DNA of 32,000 nucleotides from Thermodesulfobacterium commune DSM 2178 (GTDB taxonomy: Bacteria; Desulfobacterota; Thermodesulfobacteria; Thermodesulfobacteriales; Thermodesulfobacteriaceae), in the NCBI RefSeq assembly GCF_000734015.1, contig NZ_CP008796.1, forward strand, positions 90,001-122,000. The letters are read 5' to 3'. Of this stretch, positions 24,010 through 31,761 are shown in pieces. Position 1 is the first letter of the stretch. Each line of letters opens with the position of its first letter. A model generated the notes under the pieces. The model made no database searches. It was not told where the DNA came from and was given only the letters and a program-made list of their open reading frames with translations. Both the position numbers and the translations under genes were made by a program.

Positions 24010-24930
24010 ATGACCTTTAACTATGATTATGAGATTGCCATTATTGGTATAGGTCCTGCTGGAATTCAGGCAGGGTTACATGCTGGAAGAAGGAAACATA
24101 AGGTGGTTTTATTAGGAAAACTCGAAGAAAGTGCTCTCTGGTCAGCACATATAGAGAATTATTTTGGATTTTCTGAAAAGGTAGATGGTAAGGTTTTACT
24201 TGAAGAAGGTCTAAAGGCAGTGAAAAAGTTTGGGGGGGAGCTTATTTTGGAAGATGTGATTAGTATAGAACCTTTAGAATTGGGTTTTAAACTGATTACC
24301 GAAAAGGAAAGGGAGATCACCGCCCTTTCACTTATCCTTGCTATGGGAGTTAAGAGGAAGAAAAGGGTATTTCAACAGGAAGAAAAGTTTGTAGGAAAAG
24401 GGGTTTCTTATTGTGCCGATTGTGATGCTTGGTTTTATAGAGGAAAGAAGGTGTTGGTTATAGGAGACGGTAGTGCCGCAATCCATGGGGCTAAAACCTT
24501 AAAAAAGTTTGCAGATAAAGTTTATTTTTATGGGTTAAAACCTATATCTGAAGAATCTCTTTCTGAATTGAGAGTTGTTAATATAGAGGTTTTAGAGAAA
24601 AAACCTGTAGAAATCATGGGAGATAACGAGGTAAAAGGGGTTATGTTTGACGATGGAACTCAGTTGGAGTTAGATGGGATTTTTATAGAGATAGGTGCTA
24701 AAGGTCCGATAGAACTTCTTGCCCCTATAGGGATTGAGCTTGACCCTGAGACGTTTAGTTATGTAAAAGTAGACAGAAAGATGCAAACCAACGTCCAAGG
24801 GGTGTTCGCCTGTGGAGACCTTACAGGTCCTCCTTTACAGTTGGCTAAGGCTGTAGGAGAAGGATGTGTAGCAGGGCTTTCTGCCTCTGATTATGTAAAA
24901 CAGGTTTTAAAGAACTTAAAGGAGGTGTAA
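24010..24930 (+). CDS. thioredoxin-reductase-like FAD/NAD(P)-dependent oxidoreductase
   Basis: 306 aa with the FAD motif IIGIGPAG, the redox-active CADC (SYCADCDAWFY), a second Rossmann motif VIGDGSAA, and GVFACGD. Confidence 0.8.
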   Translation: MTFNYDYEIAIIGIGPAGIQAGLHAGRRKHKVVLLGKLEESALWSAHIENYFGFSEKVDGKVLLEEGLKAVKKFGGELILEDVISIEPLELGFKLITEKEREITALSLILAMGVKRKKRVFQQEEKFVGKGVSYCADCDAWFYRGKKVLVIGDGSAAIHGAKTLKKFADKVYFYGLKPISEESLSELRVVNIEVLEKKPVEIMGDNEVKGVMFDDGTQLELDGIFIEIGAKGPIELLAPIGIELDPETFSYVKVDRKMQTNVQGVFACGDLTGPPLQLAKAVGEGCVAGLSASDYVKQVLKNLKEV

Positions 24931-24932
24931 AA

Positions 24933-26045
24933 ATTTTTTGGTATAAAAAACTGGAAATCTCTTTAGGAAACATAAAAAAGAACTTAAGGGCATTAAAAAG
25001 GTTTTTACCTGAAGGTACCAAGGTTCTTCCTGTTATCAAAAATGATGCCTATGGGCATGGGCTTATAGAGGTTGCTAAAACCCTTTCAGAAGAAGGGATT
25101 TGGGGTTTTGGGCTCTCTGAACCTCAGGAGGCTTTTTTTTTAAGAAAGGCAGGTTTTAGGCAACCTTTATTACTGCTTTCTGGGTTTGAAAAAAGCTGGT
25201 TAACCTATATGTTTGAACTTGAGATAACTCCGGTGGTTACCGGTTTTGAGTCCTTAGAATGGCTGGAGGAGGAGGCTAAAAAAAGGCAACAAAAGGTGGC
25301 TTTTCATCTAAAAGTAGACACAGGGATGCATAGGTTTGGGTTGAACATAGAGGACCTACCTAAATTCATTGAGAAACTTAGAAACACCGATTTTTTATCC
25401 TTAACAGGGCTAATGACCCATCTTTCTTGTTCTGAAAAACCTGATTCAGAACTAACCCAGCTACAACTTGCTAATTTTAAAAAAGCTTTAGAATTACTCA
25501 AGCAAAATAACCTCAATCCTACTTTTATCCATTTTGCCAACTCAGGAGGGATTATCTTTTTATCTGAAAAGGGAAATTTAGTAAGACCAGGGGTTAGTCT
25601 TTATGGTGGTTATCCAGACCTCTCTGCACGGGATAAAATCGAGTTGTATCCTGTGATGACCTTAAGGTCGCGTATCGTTGAGTTAAAAAGGTTGCGTAAG
25701 GGAGAGTATGCTGGATATGGTCCTACCTTTAAGGCAGAGAGAGAAACCCTCTTAGGGGTAGTGCCTGTAGGTTATGGAGACGGCTATTTAAGAAGTTTAG
25801 GAAACAAGGGATTTGCATTTTTTAGAAATCAGAGGGTTAAGGTAGTAGGGACTATCTCTATGAAAGCCCTTTACGTGGATTTAACCGGGGTTGAAAGTCC
25901 TCAGGTAGGAGAAGAGGTCATCCTTCTTGGTGGAAAAAATCGAGAGGTTCCTGCAGAGGAGTTGGCAGCCCTTGCCGGGACTATCTGTTATGAGCTTTTC
26001 TGTAGTATAGGAAGGTCTATCCCCAGGGAATACAGGCAAGATTAG
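24933..26045 (+). CDS. alr: alanine racemase, proposed non-canonical ATT start
   Basis: The frame is open from 24891. Translation reads (I)FWYKKLEISLGNIKKNLRALKRFLPEGTKVLPVIKNDAYGHG..., including the PLP-lysine motif. The ORF track starts only at the internal ATG at 25209. No in-frame ATG, GTG or TTG exists upstream of 25209. AGGAGGTG (24920-24927) lies 5 nt before ATT at 24933. Confidence 0.75.
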   Translation: MFWYKKLEISLGNIKKNLRALKRFLPEGTKVLPVIKNDAYGHGLIEVAKTLSEEGIWGFGLSEPQEAFFLRKAGFRQPLLLLSGFEKSWLTYMFELEITPVVTGFESLEWLEEEAKKRQQKVAFHLKVDTGMHRFGLNIEDLPKFIEKLRNTDFLSLTGLMTHLSCSEKPDSELTQLQLANFKKALELLKQNNLNPTFIHFANSGGIIFLSEKGNLVRPGVSLYGGYPDLSARDKIELYPVMTLRSRIVELKRLRKGEYAGYGPTFKAERETLLGVVPVGYGDGYLRSLGNKGFAFFRNQRVKVVGTISMKALYVDLTGVESPQVGEEVILLGGKNREVPAEELAALAGTICYELFCSIGRSIPREYRQD

Positions 26046-26048
26046 GTT

Positions 26049-26357
26049 ATGTTTAACATAGGTTTTTCAGAATTGGTGGTCCTTTTTCTGGTTGCCCTAA
26101 TAGTTCTTGGTCCTGAGAGGCTACCTGAACTGGGTAAATTTTTGGCTAAACTTTCTATAGAGCTTAGAAAAAGTATAGAAGAGATTAAAAGAGAACTTGA
26201 GGTTGATGAGGTTGGGAAGGAGTTGACTGAGGCTAAAAAGGAGATAGAACATCTAAAAGAAGAGGCAACCTCGGTGATAGACGTTCCTATAAAAGAAATT
26301 TCTCAAGACCCTTTTAAAGTCCTTGATAAAAAAGATGAGCAAGATAAACCTTCCTAA
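26049..26357 (+). CDS. twin-arginine translocase subunit, TatA/TatB family
   Basis: 102 aa with MFNIGFSELVVLFLVALIVLGPERLPELGK: a TM helix followed by an amphipathic helix. Confidence 0.85.
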   Translation: MFNIGFSELVVLFLVALIVLGPERLPELGKFLAKLSIELRKSIEEIKRELEVDEVGKELTEAKKEIEHLKEEATSVIDVPIKEISQDPFKVLDKKDEQDKPS

Positions 26358-27045
26358 AATCTTAGCGGTAGATGTTTTAGGTAAGATAAGAAGAGAGATA
26401 ATCCTTTATAGCCTGATCTTTTTAGGGTTGTGGTTAGGTTTTTTTTTAGCCTTACCTTATCTGTTCCCTTATCTGCTTTTTCCTTACTTTAAGGTCATAA
26501 AAGGTCAGCCTTTAGTTTTTACTTCCTTAGAAGAGGCCCTTTTTGTTTTATTGCGTGCCTCTTTTTATCTGGCTCTTATCGTAATTTTACCTTTTTTCCT
26601 TTTAAAGGTTTGGAAGGTGATTTCTTCAGAGTTTTACGAGCCTGAGAAGGTTTTTTTTAGAAAGGTTTTTTTTCTTTCTTTAGGACTGGCTTTGATTGGG
26701 ATTTGTGTAGGATATTTGGTTTTTGTCCCCTTTCTTATAAAGATTTTTCTGTTTTTTGGAAGCAACTTCGAAGCCAATCTTAAGATTAACTATTTTTTAT
26801 TTTTTATCTTAAGGGTTCTTCTTTTTTCGATAGTTTTTTTCCAACTTCCTTTGCTTTTTGCCTTGTTTATTAAAGAGGAAATCATTACCAAAGAGTTCTA
26901 CCAAAAACGGAGAGTTTATTTTCTTGGCTTTTTTTATGGGATCTCTTTGTTGATTGCACCTACGGATTTTTTTTCTCAGGTCTTGTTAACCTTGATTTTT
27001 TTCTTATTTTTTAAACTATCCTTTGTTTTAGCTAAGATTTTTTAA
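26323..27045 (+). CDS. tatC: twin-arginine translocase subunit TatC
   Basis: 240 aa, polytopic, with TatC-like motifs (SLEEALFVLLRASF...LPFFLLKVWKVISSEFYEPEK, FQLPLLFALF, APTDFFSQ). The true start may be the ATG at 26335 rather than the TTG at 26323. Confidence 0.75.
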   Translation: MIKKMSKINLPKILAVDVLGKIRREIILYSLIFLGLWLGFFLALPYLFPYLLFPYFKVIKGQPLVFTSLEEALFVLLRASFYLALIVILPFFLLKVWKVISSEFYEPEKVFFRKVFFLSLGLALIGICVGYLVFVPFLIKIFLFFGSNFEANLKINYFLFFILRVLLFSIVFFQLPLLFALFIKEEIITKEFYQKRRVYFLGFFYGISLLIAPTDFFSQVLLTLIFFLFFKLSFVLAKIF

Positions 27046-27051
27046 CAGGAG
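27046..27051 (+). repeat. CAGGAG direct repeat flanking the IS110 element (left)
   Basis: The same hexamer recurs at 28519-28524. It lies immediately after the tatC stop (27043-27045). Confidence 0.5.
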
Positions 27052-27072
27052 TCAACTATCAGTAAATAGGTT

Positions 27073-28281
27073 TTAAGCATGAGATACCTCACAAATAGAA
27101 ACATAATTTTTAGAATAAAAACTCAAACTCGGATTAAAATAAGCCCCATTTTTGCAAATGCCATAAATCACCCTGATAAGCTTGTTTATTACTGCTACCA
27201 TCGCCTTTTTATAGCTCTTAAATTCCTTCTTTTTGCGCAAAAAATATTCTCTGAAATAAGGTTCCCAGGTTACTACTCCTACTGCCATCTGAAAAAGGAT
27301 GTTTCTAAGCCAAGGACTTCCTTGCTTGGATATGTGTTTATTCACCCTAAACTTGCCAGACTGTTTTATTACTGGGTCTGTGCCAGCATATTTTATGAGT
27401 TTCTTTGCACTGGAAAATCTAAGAACATCTTTTACTTCAGCGAGAAAATGGGCTGCAAGTTTTGGAGAAATTCCCCTGATAGAGGAGATGAGCTTTATTT
27501 GTTGGTTTTGGTCGTGATCTATTTCCTCAAGGAGCATATTTTCGAGTTTTTGAATTCTTGGTTCAAGGAAGAGACACTTTTCGATGTAGAAGATGAGGGT
27601 TTGAGAAAGGCAGTGGTTGTGGATACCGATGGAGTTTTTAGCAAGGTTTATGATGTCTTGAGGGGAGAAGGAAGGAGTTCTACCTTTGGGGGAGGCGTTG
27701 ATGATATTGGAGAGGTCTTTGGGGGAGGCTTTTTTGAGATAGTGGGCTCCTGGGAAGTTAAGGAGGATGTTAAGGAAGGAGAGGGTAAAGATGTTGAAAT
27801 GTTTTTCAGCTTCGGGAAAGAGCACAGAGAGGGCGTATTTGATTTGTGTTTTGGCAAAAGATCATTCTTTTTTGAGTTTTTGGATGAGACGAGAGAGGTT
27901 TCTCAGGTGATGGTCAGGTGGGAGAGGGTTAAGGAATTGTGGATTAGATTGAGCGAAGAGTGCAAGGATTTTAGCGTCTTTGGTATCAGACTTAGAGGGG
28001 TTATTTGCGGAGATGAATTGAGAGAAGCGATGAAGGATTTTGGGGTTGATGATGAAGGCTTGGATGTCATTAGCGAGAAGGAAGTGATAGAGGGGGAGGA
28101 AGAATCTGCCGGTAGATTCCATGGCTACGATGGGGTTGGTGAGTTGGTTAAGGAGGGAGAGAAACTGAGAGAAGCCTTCTTGGGACATAGGGAAGGTTTG
28201 GGACAGGATGAAGTTTTCATCTTTGAGGACAGCGATGTTAAAGGTATCTTTGGAGATGTCAACACCGACGAAGGTGTTCAT
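27073..28281 (-). pseudogene. IS110-family transposase/recombinase interrupted by an in-frame TGA (complement of 27862-27864)
   Basis: The N-terminal fragment 27862-28281 (MNTFVGVDISKDTFNIAVL...AMESTG, a DEDD RuvC-like domain) and the C-terminal fragment 27073-27825 (...SIRGISPKLAAHFLAEVKDVLRFSSAKKLIKYAGTDPVIKQSGKF..., Transposase_20-like) are in the same frame. Read-through gives ...LIQKLKKE*SFAKTQIKYALSVLFPEAEKHF... Confidence 0.8.
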
Positions 28282-28284
28282 GGG

Positions 28285-28466
28285 AGCACCTCCTTGTGTG
28301 GGGTGTTTTTAGTTGATGTCCCTCGCTCCATCCTCCCATGTGGCAGAGGCTTAGGAAGCCTAACCAACTTATTGGGAGTTGAGGAAAAGATTGACAGACT
28401 CCTCTCGAGGCTTTTAAGCCTAAGAGTTATGGAGTCCTTGTCCCTCTTTATTTTGTTAGTTTTCAT
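28285..28466 (-). ncRNA. candidate IS110 bridge/seek-type guide RNA (5' leader of the recombinase gene)
   Basis: This is the ~185-nt untranslated region between a good minus-strand promoter and the recombinase ATG. It contains two related hairpins built on AGGCTT/AAGCCT (28347-28361 and 28396-28437). The position matches that reported for IS110-subgroup bridge RNAs. Confidence 0.35.
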
Positions 28467-28472
28467 ATTATT

Positions 28473-28500
28473 AGTATACAACTCAACATATATTAAGCAA
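28473..28500 (-). promoter_or_regulatory. candidate sigma-70 promoter inside the IS110 left end
   Basis: On the minus strand: TTGCTT (complement of 28495-28500), a 16-nt spacer, then TATACT (complement of 28473-28478) with TG immediately upstream. Confidence 0.45.
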
Positions 28501-28518
28501 AAACTAACATAAAAATTG

Positions 28519-28524
28519 CAGGAG
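28519..28524 (+). repeat. CAGGAG direct repeat flanking the IS110 element (right); doubles as the apgM SD
   Basis: CAGGAGG lies 7-8 nt upstream of the apgM ATG at 28533. Confidence 0.5.
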
Positions 28525-28532
28525 GTTTTTTT

Positions 28533-29855
28533 ATGGGAAGAAAAAAGAAAAAAGAAGCAGTAGATTTAGAGCAATACAAGTTAGAAGGGGAGGAATTGCG
28601 GGAAGAAAATTTAGAAGGTTATAAGTATGCAATGATTATAGGAGACGGTATGGGAGACTTTCCGGTTAAAGAACTCGACTGGAAAACTCCTCTTGAGGTA
28701 GCTATCACCCCTGGTATGGATTTTATAGCCTCTTACGGTATGATAGGACATTGCCAGACCGTTCCTCCAGGAATGCATCCAGGTTCAGACGTAGCCATTA
28801 TGGGACTTTTAGGCTATCCTCCAGAAGAAAAATATACTGGAAGAGGGCCTATCGAAGCTGCAAGCCGTGGAATTGTCCTAAAACCTGAAGATGTAGCCTA
28901 TAGATGTAATCTGGTAACCCTTAAGCTTGAAGGGGAAGAACTTATCATGGAAGACTATTCTGCAGGACATATTTCTACAGAAGAGGCTATAGAGTTGATC
29001 GAGGCCATCAACCGGAATATCTCTAACGAAAAGATAGAAATTATACCTGGGGTCAGCTACCGACATATTTTGATCTGGAGAGGAGGTTCTGGAGGATTAC
29101 ATACTTACCCTCCTCATGACCTTTTAGGTAAAAACGTATGGTTTGCCTTTACTTCCTACGATGAGGAACCCTTTTTAAAGGATTATATCCTAAAAGCTAT
29201 AGAGATTTTAGAAAAACACCCTGTCAATCAGAGAAGGAAGATGGAAAATCTTCTTCCTGCTAATGCTATCTGGCCTTGGGGACAGGGTAGGACTCCTAAC
29301 TTAGAACCTTTTGAGGAAAAATGGCATTTGAAAGGTGCGGTTATTTCAGCCGTAGACTTGATAAAAGGGTTAGCTGTACTTTCTGGGATGTCGGTTATAA
29401 ACGTACCAGGAGCAACCGGATATTTAGATACTAACTATGAAGGTAAGGTAGATTATGCAGTCGAAGCGTTAAAGGAATATGACTTTGTGGTGATCCATGT
29501 AGAGGCTCCTGATGAGGTTTCTCATGAAGGATCTCTTGAAAAAAAGATTAAAGCCATAAATGAGTTTGACCGAAGGGTTGTAAGATATTTTATGGAAAGA
29601 ATTATAGAGATTACAGATAAATATAGAATTCTTGTTTGTTGTGACCATCTTACACCTATTTCTATCAGGACTCATTCATCAAAACCTGTGCCTTTTGCTA
29701 TTTTTGATTCTGTAAGAGATAAAGAAAAGAAAAAGGACTTAAAGTTTAGTGAAAAAGAAGCCTATCGTTCACCTTATTACATAAAGTCTGGACCAGAACT
29801 TCTCGAGATCTTCCTCCAGAGAAAACCAAAAATAGAACATCAAAGAGAGGAATAA
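28533..29855 (+). CDS. apgM: cofactor-independent phosphoglycerate mutase, archaeal (ApgM) type
   Basis: 440 aa with IIGDGMGD, AIWPWGQG and HVEAPDEVSHEG metalloenzyme motifs. A Lys-rich ~33-aa N-terminal extension precedes the conserved core. Confidence 0.85.
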   Translation: MGRKKKKEAVDLEQYKLEGEELREENLEGYKYAMIIGDGMGDFPVKELDWKTPLEVAITPGMDFIASYGMIGHCQTVPPGMHPGSDVAIMGLLGYPPEEKYTGRGPIEAASRGIVLKPEDVAYRCNLVTLKLEGEELIMEDYSAGHISTEEAIELIEAINRNISNEKIEIIPGVSYRHILIWRGGSGGLHTYPPHDLLGKNVWFAFTSYDEEPFLKDYILKAIEILEKHPVNQRRKMENLLPANAIWPWGQGRTPNLEPFEEKWHLKGAVISAVDLIKGLAVLSGMSVINVPGATGYLDTNYEGKVDYAVEALKEYDFVVIHVEAPDEVSHEGSLEKKIKAINEFDRRVVRYFMERIIEITDKYRILVCCDHLTPISIRTHSSKPVPFAIFDSVRDKEKKKDLKFSEKEAYRSPYYIKSGPELLEIFLQRKPKIEHQREE

Positions 29856-29860
29856 AAGAA

Positions 29861-31459
29861 ATGGAGATAAAAAAAACCGATGTTTTAATCATAGGTACAG
29901 GTATTGCAGGTTTAAGTTTAGCTTTAAAATTAAAGGATTTAGGACATATTACTGTACTTGCTAAAAAGAGGGTTTTTGAAACAGCAACTTCTCTTGCTCA
30001 AGGTGGAATTGCCTGTGTTATGGGAGAAGATGATAGTTTTGAGTTGCATATTCAAGATACGATGATAGCAGGGGACGGAATATGTAAAAGAGAGACAGTA
30101 GAGTTGGTGGTTAAGTCTGCTCCTGACAGGATAAAAGATCTTATAACCTGGGGAGTTTCTTTTGACAGAGACCCTGAAAATCCTCAAAAATACCATCTAA
30201 CCCTTGAAGGTGGTCATTCAAAAAGAAGGATCCTTCATGTAGGAGACTATACAGGAAGGGCTATAGAAAAGACCTTGCTTGAAAGAGTTTTTGAAGAAAA
30301 CAATATAGAAATTTTAGAAAACCATTTTGTGGTGAAGATTCTTGTAGATAAAAAGAGAGTAACTTCAAGCCCTAAGGTTATAGGAGGGTTGGTACTTGAC
30401 CTTAATCAATCCAAACCTTTGATAATACTGGCTAAGGTGATAGTACTTTGTACCGGAGGGGTGGGTAAAGTCTATCTTTACACCAGTAATCCTGATACTT
30501 CAACCGGTGATGGGATTGCGATGGCTTATTCCTTAGGATGTAGGGTTGCTAACATGGAGTTTATTCAGTTTCATCCCACCTGTCTTTATCATCCAAAAGC
30601 TAAAAATTTTCTAATTTCAGAGTCCTTAAGAGGAGAGGGGGCGGTTTTGCTTAACGCCGAAGGAAAAAGATTTATGCATAAATACGACCCGGTAAGAAAA
30701 GAATTAGCCCCAAGAGATGTGGTGACCCGAGCGATAGACATGGAGTTAAAAAAGACCGGTGCTGAGTGTGTCTATCTTGACATTACCCATTTACCTTCGG
30801 ACTACGTAAAAAAGAGGTTCCCACAGATCTATGAAACTTGTTTGAAATATGGGATAGATATTACCTCTCAACCTATCCCTGTAGTGCCTGCTGCTCATTA
30901 TCTTTGTGGAGGGATTTATACCAATCTTTGGGGTCAGACTGACATCCCTAACCTTTTTGCCGTGGGGGAATGTGCCTATACAGGTCTTCATGGAGCAAAC
31001 CGATTAGCCTCTAATTCTCTTTTAGAAGGCATCTGTTTTGCTCATCAAGCAAGTCTTAAAATCAGAGAACTTTGGCCTGAAATCAGGGAAACCTCCTTTA
31101 CCTTACCTAAGATAAAAGACCCTATCATCAAAGAAATCAAGGAAGAAATGGTATTTGTTTCTCATAATTGGGATTTGATAAGAAAGGTAATGTGGGATTT
31201 TGTAGGGATAGTAAGAAGTTTGAAAATGTTGGAGTTTGCGAGAAAAAGGCTTGAGTTTATTCGAAGAGAAATAGAAGCCAACTGGGAAGGACTTTACTTA
31301 GACCTTGATGTAATGGAACTGAAAAATTTATGTATGGTGGCTGAGATTATCATAAAATCTGCTCAATCTCGTCTGGAATCTCGGGGGACTCACTATTTGA
31401 TAGACTATCCTGAAAAAAGGGTAGAATATCTAAAGGAAACAATCCTCACAAAATATTAA
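29861..31459 (+). CDS. nadB: L-aspartate oxidase
   Basis: 532 aa with the FAD motif VLIIGTGIAG, AQGGIA, RPEGE-type RGEGA and HYLCGGI. Confidence 0.9.
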   Translation: MEIKKTDVLIIGTGIAGLSLALKLKDLGHITVLAKKRVFETATSLAQGGIACVMGEDDSFELHIQDTMIAGDGICKRETVELVVKSAPDRIKDLITWGVSFDRDPENPQKYHLTLEGGHSKRRILHVGDYTGRAIEKTLLERVFEENNIEILENHFVVKILVDKKRVTSSPKVIGGLVLDLNQSKPLIILAKVIVLCTGGVGKVYLYTSNPDTSTGDGIAMAYSLGCRVANMEFIQFHPTCLYHPKAKNFLISESLRGEGAVLLNAEGKRFMHKYDPVRKELAPRDVVTRAIDMELKKTGAECVYLDITHLPSDYVKKRFPQIYETCLKYGIDITSQPIPVVPAAHYLCGGIYTNLWGQTDIPNLFAVGECAYTGLHGANRLASNSLLEGICFAHQASLKIRELWPEIRETSFTLPKIKDPIIKEIKEEMVFVSHNWDLIRKVMWDFVGIVRSLKMLEFARKRLEFIRREIEANWEGLYLDLDVMELKNLCMVAEIIIKSAQSRLESRGTHYLIDYPEKRVEYLKETILTKY

Positions 31460-31501
31460 ATAAAAAATTAAATAAAAAGTTAAAAATTAACAAAAATTAG
31501 C

Positions 31502-31529
31502 TTTACAAAACAAAAATTTTTGATAAGAT
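31502..31529 (+). promoter_or_regulatory. candidate sigma-70 promoter for the zinc-ribbon gene
   Basis: TTTACA (31502-31507), a 16-nt spacer, then TAAGAT (31524-31529) preceded by TGa (extended -10). Confidence 0.4.
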
Positions 31530-31559
31530 TAATAAAAATTGAGTGTGCAGGAGGTTAGG

Positions 31560-31760
31560 GTGAAGGTTATTTTTGACCCAGACATTCCAGAAGAGTTAAA
31601 AGAAGATATCATAAAGTCAATAGAAGAGGAAAACGTTGGAGAGATATGTAAAGTATGTGGGGGGGATACCCTTTATGTAGCCCTTTTAGAAGGGGTGTTA
31701 GATGTTAAATGTTACGAATGTGGCCATTCATATATAGAATTAGAACTGGCTGAGGAGTAG
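31560..31760 (+). CDS. small acidic zinc-ribbon protein (CxxC...CxxC), function unknown
   Basis: The GTG at 31560 lies 5 nt after AGGAGG (31549-31554). The track's TTG at 31539 has no SD. The 66-aa product is MKVIFDPDIPEELKEDIIKSIEEENVGEICKVCGGD...VKCYECGHSY. Confidence 0.55.
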   Translation: MKVIFDPDIPEELKEDIIKSIEEENVGEICKVCGGDTLYVALLEGVLDVKCYECGHSYIELELAEE

Positions 31761-31761
31761 T

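Larger units (their letters stand above)
27052..28518 (-). mobile_element. IS110-family insertion sequence (~1.47 kb)
   Basis: It encodes an IS110-type DEDD transposase on the minus strand. There are no terminal inverted repeats, the 3' end is very short (about 20 nt) and the 5' non-coding end is long (about 235 nt). C-ending codon usage differs sharply from the neighbours. It is bounded by the CAGGAG direct repeat. Boundaries are inferred, not proven. Confidence 0.75.

Noticed and set aside
27862-27864. TGA in the IS110 recombinase read as selenocysteine
   Set aside because: No SECIS-like stem-loop lies in the ~50 nt downstream. The position is in a linker helix, not a redox Cys context.
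28533-28631. Lys-rich 33-aa N-terminal extension of ApgM as an artefact created by the IS insertion
   Set aside because: The reconstructed pre-insertion junction already places the SD CAGGAGG 7-8 nt before this ATG. The extension is therefore native rather than IS-derived, although the internal Met before IIGDGMGD remains a possible alternative start.
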